Assembly: GCA_964013405.1 (NCBI GenBank)
Contig: CAXGWI010000033.1
Span: 1-27,025 of the forward strand
Length of the DNA stretch: 27,025 nt
From: an uncultured Myxococcales bacterium
GTDB taxonomy: Bacteria > Myxococcota > UBA4151
Direction: 5' to 3'
The notes under the pieces: generated by a model
Database searches by the model: none
Seen by the model: the letters and a program-made list of their open reading frames with translations, nothing else
What the model was told of the DNA's origin: nothing
Made by a program: the position numbers and the translations under genes
Shown here: positions 17,427 through 25,763 of the stretch, piece by piece
How the letters are laid out: every line of letters begins with the position of its first letter
How positions within the stretch are numbered: the stretch's first letter is position 1

Positions 17427-19469
17427 CTAGCGTGGAGGCGAGGTGTAGTAATCGTCCACAGGCGTGATGGTGCCTTCAGGCCAAGCCACGGTAGCGACTT
17501 CCCACCAGTGCCCGTTGAAGGCGCTGCCATCTTCCAGGATACGGGCTTCTTCAAACATCAGCCGACCATAGAGATAGACCCGGATCGTTGCCTCGCTCTC
17601 CCGGTCGCGACCCGCACCATCGGCCCGATAGTAGTAGGCGCCAACCAGGTACTCCTGACCGATCTCAGGCTCCTCGATATTGATGTTCTCCGGTCCAAAG
17701 CCATTCACATCATCCAAATCAAGGACGGGGTCGTCCATGTTCCCGGCTCCACCCCAACTAAGGGTCGGGTTCCCGTTCCTGGGCTTGCAGTTCATGTAGT
17801 AGCAGTCGTTGCCGCTGGTGTAGTCGGCCCGTTCGCCGCCTCGGATCAGATGCAGGTCGATATCGCTGGAGGGGTGATCCCAGGTGAGCTCCACATGGAG
17901 AGAGCTCTCCGGACGGGCTTCGAAGGTGACGGTGGCCCAGCCACTCCAGACGCCGTGTTCATCTTGGACCCGCAGCGCGGCGATGTAGAGACCGGCTGAG
18001 TCGAGGCCTTCCACATCCCGGTTGCCCGTACGGTAAACCACCGCCGTGTCCTCACCCTGAGGATCTTGAAGTCGAACCTGGCTGCCCTCGGGGACGCTGC
18101 CACCGTTATCCGAGATCGACCATTCCCAGCGAACGATGCGACTGCCGTTCACGCCGGTGCTGTTCTCACCGGTGAGCATGATGGTCGAGAGGGGGGCGGC
18201 GAGCACGTGTCCCGTGTCCGGATCTGTGCGCGTGGGTGCAATACCATCGACAAGTTGGACCTCGGGGTGGGCCACCGGGGCATTGTGCCCGATGCCAACG
18301 GCCCCGCGAAAGAACAGCCCCTCCGCATTGGCAAAGTTACCTTTGAGCAGATAGCCACCGGTGTACTTCGCCAGGTTGGCCGGCGAGAACTCGATGTCGA
18401 AGCTAACTTGGGCGCCGGGTTCGATGATCAGCGGCGAGGCCGGGTCCCAGCCCGGATCACCATCGGCAAAGGTGAAGACCATGCCGGCGGGTTCGGCTTC
18501 GGCCGAACAGAAACCAACGCTTGGATCATAGGCATCTGGGGCACAGAATTGGCCCGCCTCGCATTCACCGGAGCCCGCACATGAGCGCCGGTCGTCACCA
18601 CTGGCGTTGCCGTCCTCTTGGGCCGTAAAGGGGCCGTCCACACACGCGGCTCCGTCACAGCGTTGGCCCCAGCCACAGCCACCGCCACAGGCACTGGTGT
18701 CCCCGGGGGGCAGGGCAACGACGCCGCGGTCGATGACAGCCGTCGGGTCGCCATTCTCTGCGGAGCCGATGTTTTTGAGCGTCACGGTGCATCGAGCGCT
18801 GCCCCCGAGGCCGATCCGACCGAAGTCGCAGATGCCGGCATTGTTAATGTTGCCACCCACGCTGGCGGTCACGCTGAGGGCCACCTCGCCGAGATCTTTC
18901 GGCCAGCCCCAGATTTGCACTTGGGTGAGGCCGCAGGGGCCGGGTGCACCGTGCTCGCTGCATTCCTCAGGGCTCAGCTCACGCTCCGGATTACTGGCGT
19001 CGGTGATAAGATGCACTTCGCCGAGAAACAGCGGCTCCTCCGCCTCAACCGTGGGATGGAAGGTGATCCCGATCTGGGTGCCATCACCGGAGACGAGCAG
19101 AAGGGGGGATCCCTCTGATTCGATATTTGTCACGTCGCCCGAGAGCGTCAGGTCCGCGAAGAAGGGAGAATCAGGGGCGCTGACAAAGGCTTTGTAGATC
19201 TGCAGGCCCGCTTGGCCAGCGTTGCCAACGATGAGATAGCGGAGATTATCCCGGTTGATGCCCGCATCGCCGAAATCGAGGACGCAATTGCTCGCAGAGG
19301 TGTCGTTCCCCTCGGCATCCGTACAGATAAACGGATTGCCCTGGGCCTCCAGGCCACGGACCTGCATGAGATTAGAGGCCGTATAAATTTCTTCGTCACA
19401 CTCGCAGCCAGACAGCGTGAGTGCGGTGGCCAGTGCGGTCAGTGCGAGCCGATGCAGCGCTTTAGTCAT
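17427..19469 (-). CDS. Multidomain surface lipoprotein (Ig-like domains, Cys-rich inserts, PKD-like domain, C-terminal YfaP/DUF2135-like domain)
   Basis: Lipobox LTLSGC; repeated LDFG/CDFG...NxG Ig-like starts; WEWS...LRVQD PKD-like segment; VELTWD...DIDLHL...DDVNGFGPENINI. Confidence 0.8.
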   Translation of the reverse strand: MTKALHRLALTALATALTLSGCECDEEIYTASNLMQVRGLEAQGNPFICTDAEGNDTSASNCVLDFGDAGINRDNLRYLIVGNAGQAGLQIYKAFVSAPDSPFFADLTLSGDVTNIESEGSPLLLVSGDGTQIGITFHPTVEAEEPLFLGEVHLITDASNPERELSPEECSEHGAPGPCGLTQVQIWGWPKDLGEVALSVTASVGGNINNAGICDFGRIGLGGSARCTVTLKNIGSAENGDPTAVIDRGVVALPPGDTSACGGGCGWGQRCDGAACVDGPFTAQEDGNASGDDRRSCAGSGECEAGQFCAPDAYDPSVGFCSAEAEPAGMVFTFADGDPGWDPASPLIIEPGAQVSFDIEFSPANLAKYTGGYLLKGNFANAEGLFFRGAVGIGHNAPVAHPEVQLVDGIAPTRTDPDTGHVLAAPLSTIMLTGENSTGVNGSRIVRWEWSISDNGGSVPEGSQVRLQDPQGEDTAVVYRTGNRDVEGLDSAGLYIAALRVQDEHGVWSGWATVTFEARPESSLHVELTWDHPSSDIDLHLIRGGERADYTSGNDCYYMNCKPRNGNPTLSWGGAGNMDDPVLDLDDVNGFGPENINIEEPEIGQEYLVGAYYYRADGAGRDRESEATIRVYLYGRLMFEEARILEDGSAFNGHWWEVATVAWPEGTITPVDDYYTSPPR

Positions 19470-19623
19470 CGATTCCCCCTACGATACTTTCAATCTACGT
19501 CATCCCCGAGTCTGGCCTCCATCGGTCATTCCTCGTGGGCGAGCCTCTATGCCTTTTTCATGGCTGAGTTAAAAAGACTCTTTACCGGTTTTATTCTCTC
19601 CCTTAGCTAGCCTCGCCCCGTGC

Positions 19624-19701
19624 CGGAGTGTAGCGCAGTCTGGTTAGCGCACTTGACTGGGGGTCAAGGGGCCGGAGGTTCGAATCCTCTCACTCCGACC
19701 A
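19624..19701 (+). tRNA. tRNA-Pro(GGG)
   Basis: Acceptor stem CGGAGTG/CACTCCG plus ACCA; D-arm GCGC..TGG..GCGC; anticodon arm CTTGA-CTGGGGG-TCAAG; T-loop GGTTCGAATCC; encoded CCA. Confidence 0.97.
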
Positions 19702-19707
19702 GAGAAT

Positions 19708-19742
19708 GCCGGGTGGTTTCCGTAGGAAGCCGCCCGGTTTTT
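19708..19742 (+). terminator. Intrinsic terminator after tRNA-Pro
   Basis: Hairpin GCCGGGTGGTTTCC-GTA-GGAAGCCGCCCGGT (with G-U pairs) followed by a T run. Confidence 0.8.
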
Positions 19743-19755
19743 CTCTATGTGAGCC

Positions 19756-20595
19756 ATGATGTTTCGTATCCTTTGCACAAACGATGATGGCATCCATCGA
19801 GCGGGTCTGCACGCGCTCGCCCATGCAATGGCCGATCTTGGTGAGGTCTGGGTCGTTGCTCCAGATCGGGAGCGAAGTGGGATCAGTCAGGCGATTACGC
19901 TGGACGAGCCCCTTCGATATCGGCCTTACGAAGGGCGGGATCGGTGGTTCTCCGTGAGTGGTACGCCAACGGACTGCACCTATGTGGCCTTGCACCATCT
20001 CCTGGCCGACCATCCACCGGACTTGGTGGTGAGCGGGATTAATCACGGCAGCAATTTGGGCAACGATGCCCACTACTCGGGGACGGTTGCCGGGGCTCGG
20101 GAAGGCCTGGCCAACGGTATTCCGGCCATCGCGTTTAGCTTGGTCGGTTTCGGTGATTTTGACTTCTCAATGGCTGCTGACTTTGCCCGGGCCCTCTCCC
20201 GGCAAGTGCTTGAAACGGGTTTACCACCCGGTGTCATGCTCAACGTCAATGTACCCCAGGACACGACGGGCGATTACGCGGTCTGCGCGCAAGGGAGCCG
20301 GGCTTACGAGGGCGTCCGTATCTCGGACCGCCGAGATCCACGGGGTCGTCCCTATGTGTGGATCGGGGGGACAGAGGTGGTGCACCGAGGTGGGGATCAT
20401 ACCGACACGGCTGCCCACGATGCAGGCCTGATCAGCGTGGTTCCCATGACCTATGATCTGACCGCCCATGATGCCATCCCGGGCTTGCGGGGACGCTCGA
20501 TCCAGGGCTTTGAGCAGCGTGAGGCCTTGGCCCCTCTTGGAAGTGGTCCCCGGTCGGTGGCCTTTCTGAGGGGCCCGGAGCAAAGTGATGACTGA
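19756..20595 (+). CDS. surE: 5'/3'-nucleotidase SurE
   Basis: ILCTNDDG, VVAPDRERSG, SGTPTDC, VVSGINHGSNLG, YSGTVAGA, LNVNVP, DPRGRPYVW. Confidence 0.97.
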   Translation: MMFRILCTNDDGIHRAGLHALAHAMADLGEVWVVAPDRERSGISQAITLDEPLRYRPYEGRDRWFSVSGTPTDCTYVALHHLLADHPPDLVVSGINHGSNLGNDAHYSGTVAGAREGLANGIPAIAFSLVGFGDFDFSMAADFARALSRQVLETGLPPGVMLNVNVPQDTTGDYAVCAQGSRAYEGVRISDRRDPRGRPYVWIGGTEVVHRGGDHTDTAAHDAGLISVVPMTYDLTAHDAIPGLRGRSIQGFEQREALAPLGSGPRSVAFLRGPEQSDD

Positions 20596-21205
20596 GATCG
20601 TTGAACCCGAAGCGCGCCCCAACATCATTCGGCGAAGCTATGACTGGGTCTTGTCCTGGGCCGATACGCCTTACGGTGTTCCCGCATTGTTCCTTCTGGC
20701 CTTTGCGGAAAGCTCCTTCTTTCCCATTCCCCCCGACGTTTTGCTGATCGCGCTGGCCGTCGCCGCACCCACCCGCGCTCTGAAGTTTGCGGCGGTGTGC
20801 ACGGCAGGCTCGGTTCTCGGGGGGCTGGCTGGTTACGGGATTGGCTACTACGCTTGGGGGGCGCTTGGCCAACCCATCGTCGAGTTCTTTAACGGTGGCG
20901 AGAAGATGGCGCAGATCGAGGCGCTCTACAAAACCCACGGCGCCCTGGGCATCTTAATCGCCGCAATCACGCCCATTCCCTATAAAGTCTTCACCATTTT
21001 CTCGGGCATGATGAAGTACGACCTCGCCACGTTTTTTGCTGCGTCGGTGGTGGGCCGTGGGTTTCGCTTCTTTCTCGTTGCCGGGTTGATCTCTTGGTTT
21101 GGCCCCACCGTGAAGGTTTGGATCGAGCGCCATTTCAATCTGGCTGTCACCGCATTCACCATTTTGTTGGTGGGTGGTTTTGTGCTGATTCGGTTTCTCC
21201 ATTGA
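20585..21205 (+). CDS. yqaA: YqaA/DedA-family (VTT domain) membrane protein
   Basis: AFAESSFFPIPPDVLL, GSVLGG..GY, TPIPYKVFTI, GRGFRFF; typical position in surE-nlpD clusters. Confidence 0.9.
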   Translation: MMTEIVEPEARPNIIRRSYDWVLSWADTPYGVPALFLLAFAESSFFPIPPDVLLIALAVAAPTRALKFAAVCTAGSVLGGLAGYGIGYYAWGALGQPIVEFFNGGEKMAQIEALYKTHGALGILIAAITPIPYKVFTIFSGMMKYDLATFFAASVVGRGFRFFLVAGLISWFGPTVKVWIERHFNLAVTAFTILLVGGFVLIRFLH

Positions 21206-21936
21206 GATGGGTCATCGCCGTCTTGCTGCTGGGCAACGGGTGCGCATTTCTGCAGCCTTCGCCCACTCAGGATGTGATTCCTGGCGGTGAAGCCTTAGAG
21301 ACCGGTGAAACCCGGCCTCCTGGGACTTGGCACGCGGTGGTGAAAGGGGAGACCCTGTGGACCATCGCTCAACATTATCGGGTTCAGGTTGCCGACCTGG
21401 TGGGCGCCAATGCCATCGCCGATCCGACTCGCCTGAAGGCAGGACGGCGCTTGTTCGTGCCCCTGAAGCCCGGGGCTGACCCGGCCGAGCGCAAACGGCT
21501 CGAGACCAGCAAGCCGGCGACGATCGTTCAGACCGAGGCTGAGGTGCCGCCCCCGGCCGGTGGATTTCGTTGGCCTCTGAAGAACCCACGGGTATTGCGT
21601 CGTTTCGGCCCTGGGGGGGCGTTGCCTCTGGATGGCTTGGAGCTGGGGGGTAAACTCGGGGAGGTCGTGACCGCCATCGCCGATGGGGAGGTCGTCTTCG
21701 CAGCCCATGACCCAAGGGGCTGGGGTCATTTGGTGATTCTCACCCATGGGAAGCATTGGGTGAGTATCTACGCCTACAATCAAAAGATTCTCGTCAAGGA
21801 AGGGCAGCGGGTGCAGCGGGGTCAAAGCATCGCACGTCTTGGCCAAAGCGGTCGGGCCAAGCGACCCCAACTCCATTTGGAAATTCGTCGCGGCGTTCGC
21901 CCCGTCGATCCGAGTCCCTTGCTGCCAAAGCGGTGA
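21202..21936 (+). CDS. LysM + M23 domain lipoprotein (NlpD-like, probably degenerate peptidase)
   Basis: TTG start overlapping the yqaA stop gives lipobox LGNGC; LysM (VVKGETLWTIAQHY...GRRLFVP); M23 (ADGEVVFA, HLEIR) lacking the HxxxD and YAH zinc-site residues. Confidence 0.9.
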   Translation: MRWVIAVLLLGNGCAFLQPSPTQDVIPGGEALETGETRPPGTWHAVVKGETLWTIAQHYRVQVADLVGANAIADPTRLKAGRRLFVPLKPGADPAERKRLETSKPATIVQTEAEVPPPAGGFRWPLKNPRVLRRFGPGGALPLDGLELGGKLGEVVTAIADGEVVFAAHDPRGWGHLVILTHGKHWVSIYAYNQKILVKEGQRVQRGQSIARLGQSGRAKRPQLHLEIRRGVRPVDPSPLLPKR

Positions 21937-24446
21937 TCAAGCACGACAGCAGACGCTGGCAGGAACACCTCCTTGCCCGGCCCTGGTTGGAACGGCTGCT
22001 CAAGCCCTGTTTGGCAGCCCGCCGGACCGGTCTGCAGGGCGTCGATCGTTTTGCCGGCTTTCGTCGCTACGGGGAGGCCCAGATCCCCGCGATCAAAGAG
22101 GACTTTGGTGTCGACGACCAGTTGTTGAGCCGGCTCGTGGAGGTCATGGGCAAGGCCGAGACCCGCCGGGGTGCCGAGCGCGTTGCCGCCATCGATGAGC
22201 TGATCGAACGGGCCTTCGAGCTCACCAAGCCCCGCAGTAACTTGAGCGAGTCCGCGAGCATGCGGGCCCGGCACCATATTCGAGCCCAAACGATCGAAGA
22301 GGATGCCTTGCCCAAGGGGCCCCGCGTCGAGGGGGACTTGCTGACCGAGCCACTCACGGTGCTGCCCAAGGTGGGGCCTCGGACAGCCAAGCTCCTGGCC
22401 GCCAAGGGCTTGTTTGAGATTGAAGACCTGATGAACTGGCTACCGGCTGGCTATGAGGATCGGAGCAATGAGTCTTCGGTCTCTGAGCTCGTGATCGACG
22501 ACGTCGTGAGCGTTCGTGTGCGGGTGGAGAAAGCCGAGAAGGGTGGCGGCGGCGGTCGGGGTCGTCCCCGTTTTGAACTCCATTGCCGGGACGAAGCCGG
22601 CAACCCGTTTAGCGCCGTGTTCTTTAATCCGAACCCAAACTACTGGGCTCGAACCTTCGAGAAGGCGCCGGGCCAATGGTACCGCTTCTTTGGCAAAGTC
22701 CTGCACTGGCAAAAGAAGCCCGGCATGTTCCACCCCAAGGTCGAGAAGTTGAAGTTAGGTCTCGAAGCGGAGGTCGAGGGCACCGGCTTGGTTCCGGTCT
22801 ATCCGGACATTCCTGGCATCAACCCCAACCGGCTGCGGGCGCTGATCGATGCGGCTATGGGCTTTATCGGTCGCCGTCGTGTTCTCGATCCTTTACCGGT
22901 CGGGGTACGAAAGAAAGCCGAGCTCCCTGATCTGAAGACCGCATGGCGCCTACTGCACCAGCCTGAAGACGAGGATGAAGCCAAAGACCGTAAAGCGGCG
23001 GCCGAGCGCTTCGCCTATCAAGAACTCTTCCTGACCCAGATCGGCTTGTTGTTGCGTCGCGAGGCGGCAAAGCAAGAAGCTGGTCTACGCCTTTTGGGTC
23101 CTCAGGACTTCCGGGCCCTCGCCAAAGCCGAGTTACCCTTCAAGCCGACCAAAGACCAACTGCGCTGTTTGAAGGAAGTACAGGCTGACCTGACCAGTGG
23201 GAAGCCGATGAATCGCTTGCTGCAGGGGGATGTTGGCAGTGGCAAGACAGCCGTGGGCGCGGTGAGCGCGCTGGCGCTGGCCCGGGCCGGTCTGCAGACG
23301 GCCTTGATGGCACCCACGGAAATTCTCGCCCGCCAGCACCATCGCTCCATGACCCAGTTGCTGGGCGGTCAACTCCGGGTGGGTTTGCTGCTCGGCAGTA
23401 GCAAAGCTGCGGAGCGACGGGCCTTTGTCGAGGGGGCCACTGACGGGAGCCTGGATTTGTTGGTGGGCACCCACGCATTGATTGCCCAAGAAATTCCGTT
23501 CAAGGCTCTGGGCTTGGCGATTATCGACGAGCAGCATCGCTTTGGGGTCGCCCAGCGGGGCGCTTTGCGGGATGCGGGGATCCAGTCGACAGGCTTCATC
23601 CCCCACAGCCTCGCGATGACCGCAACGCCGATTCCCCGGACGCTCTCGATGACCTTGTATGGCGATCTGGACGTCTCGACGATCAAGGAGATGCCCCCGG
23701 GCCGGCAGCCCGTGACAACTCGGGCATTCAGCCTGGCGAATCTGAGACCTGCTCTGCAGATTGCTGAGCGGGAATTAGCGAAGGACCGCCGTGTGTTCAT
23801 CGTCCTGCCCCTGGTGCGGGAGAGCGATAAGATCGAACTGGCCGATGCCGAGCGCACCTACATGAAACTCCGGGGTGGCCCCCTGGGGGGCTTCGGTGTG
23901 GGTCTGGTGCATGGACAGATGAAGTCCCAAGAGAAGAGGGACGTGATGGACACCTTTCGCCGGGGTGAGATCCGGGTCTTGGTCTCGACCACGGTGGTGG
24001 AGGTGGGCGTCGATGTGCCGGAAGCTACCGTCATGATGATTTGGCACGCTGAGCGTTTTGGCTTGAGCCAACTCCACCAGTTGCGAGGCCGGGTTGGGCG
24101 TGGAGAGGACGCCAGTCACTGTCTGCTCCTCTATGACCCCCAGGCTGGGGAAAAGGCGATTCGGCGTATCTCTGTTCTCGCCCGCTCCAACGATGGTTTC
24201 GAGATCGCTTGGGAGGACCTGCAGGAGCGTGGCGCCGGCGAATTGGCCGGGCTCCGGCAATCGGGCGCGGACCGCTTCGAGTTCGCTGATTTGTTGCGCG
24301 ACGGTTTGCTTGCAAGATCGGCGAGGGAGCAAGCGGTTCGGGTCCTTCGACGGGACCCAAAGCTCGAGTCAACGGGGCATCAGGGGCTTCGATCTGTGCT
24401 TCATGGTAGATTCTCCAAGCGGCTGAAATGGCTGGAGGTTAGCTAG
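21933..24446 (+). CDS. recG: ATP-dependent DNA helicase RecG
   Basis: QGDVGSGKT, MAPTEILARQH, IIDEQHRFGV, MTATPIPRTL, STTVVEVGVDVP, QLHQLRGRVGRG, TRG motif; probable GTG start overlapping the upstream stop (GTGA). Confidence 0.97.
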   Translation: MIKHDSRRWQEHLLARPWLERLLKPCLAARRTGLQGVDRFAGFRRYGEAQIPAIKEDFGVDDQLLSRLVEVMGKAETRRGAERVAAIDELIERAFELTKPRSNLSESASMRARHHIRAQTIEEDALPKGPRVEGDLLTEPLTVLPKVGPRTAKLLAAKGLFEIEDLMNWLPAGYEDRSNESSVSELVIDDVVSVRVRVEKAEKGGGGGRGRPRFELHCRDEAGNPFSAVFFNPNPNYWARTFEKAPGQWYRFFGKVLHWQKKPGMFHPKVEKLKLGLEAEVEGTGLVPVYPDIPGINPNRLRALIDAAMGFIGRRRVLDPLPVGVRKKAELPDLKTAWRLLHQPEDEDEAKDRKAAAERFAYQELFLTQIGLLLRREAAKQEAGLRLLGPQDFRALAKAELPFKPTKDQLRCLKEVQADLTSGKPMNRLLQGDVGSGKTAVGAVSALALARAGLQTALMAPTEILARQHHRSMTQLLGGQLRVGLLLGSSKAAERRAFVEGATDGSLDLLVGTHALIAQEIPFKALGLAIIDEQHRFGVAQRGALRDAGIQSTGFIPHSLAMTATPIPRTLSMTLYGDLDVSTIKEMPPGRQPVTTRAFSLANLRPALQIAERELAKDRRVFIVLPLVRESDKIELADAERTYMKLRGGPLGGFGVGLVHGQMKSQEKRDVMDTFRRGEIRVLVSTTVVEVGVDVPEATVMMIWHAERFGLSQLHQLRGRVGRGEDASHCLLLYDPQAGEKAIRRISVLARSNDGFEIAWEDLQERGAGELAGLRQSGADRFEFADLLRDGLLARSAREQAVRVLRRDPKLESTGHQGLRSVLHGRFSKRLKWLEVS

Positions 24447-24452
24447 GCGAGT

Positions 24453-25763
24453 TTAGGATCTTGGGTCCAGCACGCCTTGGCTGTCGCCGAACTGGTCGAT
24501 TGGGACGCCCATGGTTCGGGCGATGCCCACAAAGAGGTCTGCGATCGGTGTTTGATCATCGACCCGTCGATGGATGCCTTGCCGCACCCCCATGGCTTCG
24601 CCGCCGGCGAGTAGGACCGGTAGATTACTGTGCCGATGGCGGTTGCCATCTTCGCATTCCGAACTGAAGAAGACGAGGGTGTTATCGAGCATGCTGCCTT
24701 CACCTTCGGGGGTGTTGGCCAGACCGTTGAGGAGGTGGAAGACCATCTCCATCTCCCAGGCGGCAATGCGGCGCAATTGGTCCAACTTTACCGGGTCATT
24801 CTCATGGTGGGAGATCTGGTGATGTCCGTCGCCGATGCCGAGGTGGGGCATGCTGCGATTGGAGCCCGCATTGCCCAGCATGTAGGTGACCACCGGACTC
24901 AAGTCACAGCGGAGGCTCAGTAGGATCAAGTCGAGCATCTGGGTGATCCGGGCCGGCAAATCCTCCACGGCCTCCGGTAGGTCGCCGGGGGTGCATTGGT
25001 TTTGTGCTCCCAGCGTCAGTTGGCGCTCCAACTCGCGAATCCCGGTGAAATACTCATCCAGTTTGATCCGGTCGTGGTGGCCGAGCCGGGGTTGCAGTTG
25101 CTGGGCGTCTTCGAGGACGAAATCGAGGACGCTTTGTTTGTAGGCCCGTTTCCGCTCAAGCATCTCCGGCGTCATCCCAGCCTGAGCGCCGCTAAACAGG
25201 CGGTTAAACAAAACCCGGGCCCGACTCTCTCGGGCTGCCGGCGTCGTTTCATCGATCCAGGAGATGTTGCGAGAATAGGCGCAGGAATAGCCCGAATCAC
25301 AGCCGCCAACATTGCCGCCGCCTTGGCTGCTCAGGGCGAGGGAGGGGAAGCGGTGTTCGGTGCCGATGGTATTGGCGATGATCTGATCGATGCTCACCCC
25401 ATTACGGATGTTGGCGCCCTCGGTCTTGAAGCAATGGGCCGAGGTCAGGAAGGAGCCGGTTCCTGCCGCATGATCCCCTGGACCATCGGGTCTTGCTGGA
25501 TCATTGCGCAGCCCGGTGATGACCGAGATTCGGTCGTGGAGGGGCGCCAGCGGCAAGAGGATGTCCTTCAAGTCGAACTGAGCCCCTTCACGATCGGGCG
25601 TCCACCAGTCCATTTGAATACCATTGGGCACATAAAAGACGAGGAAGCGTCTGGGTAGGTCGGTTCCCGATGCGAGGGCTCGTCTCGAAACCAAGGAGGG
25701 GAGGAAGGGCAGGGCAAGGGTCACACCCATCCCTTTTAAGAAGCGACGGCGGTGCATGCTCAT
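24453..25763 (-). CDS. DUF1552 family protein with Tat signal
   Basis: RRRFLKG Tat motif, LALPFLPSL, YVPNG, SIDQIIA, CDSGYSCAYSRNISW, HHQISHH, MLDNTLV, HSNLPVLLAG. Confidence 0.92.
   Translation of the reverse strand: MSMHRRRFLKGMGVTLALPFLPSLVSRRALASGTDLPRRFLVFYVPNGIQMDWWTPDREGAQFDLKDILLPLAPLHDRISVITGLRNDPARPDGPGDHAAGTGSFLTSAHCFKTEGANIRNGVSIDQIIANTIGTEHRFPSLALSSQGGGNVGGCDSGYSCAYSRNISWIDETTPAARESRARVLFNRLFSGAQAGMTPEMLERKRAYKQSVLDFVLEDAQQLQPRLGHHDRIKLDEYFTGIRELERQLTLGAQNQCTPGDLPEAVEDLPARITQMLDLILLSLRCDLSPVVTYMLGNAGSNRSMPHLGIGDGHHQISHHENDPVKLDQLRRIAAWEMEMVFHLLNGLANTPEGEGSMLDNTLVFFSSECEDGNRHRHSNLPVLLAGGEAMGVRQGIHRRVDDQTPIADLFVGIARTMGVPIDQFGDSQGVLDPRS

Noticed and set aside
19565..19620. Exact tRNA promoter boxes
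   Set aside because: The region is AT-rich with a GC-rich discriminator-like stretch, but -35/-10 assignment is ambiguous, so it was not called.
19624..19701. tRNA-Pro as a prophage/island integration site or as a TGT/QTMAN substrate
   Set aside because: No integrase and no duplicated tRNA 3' end seen; housekeeping surE follows directly. The GGG anticodon is not a GUN queuosine substrate.
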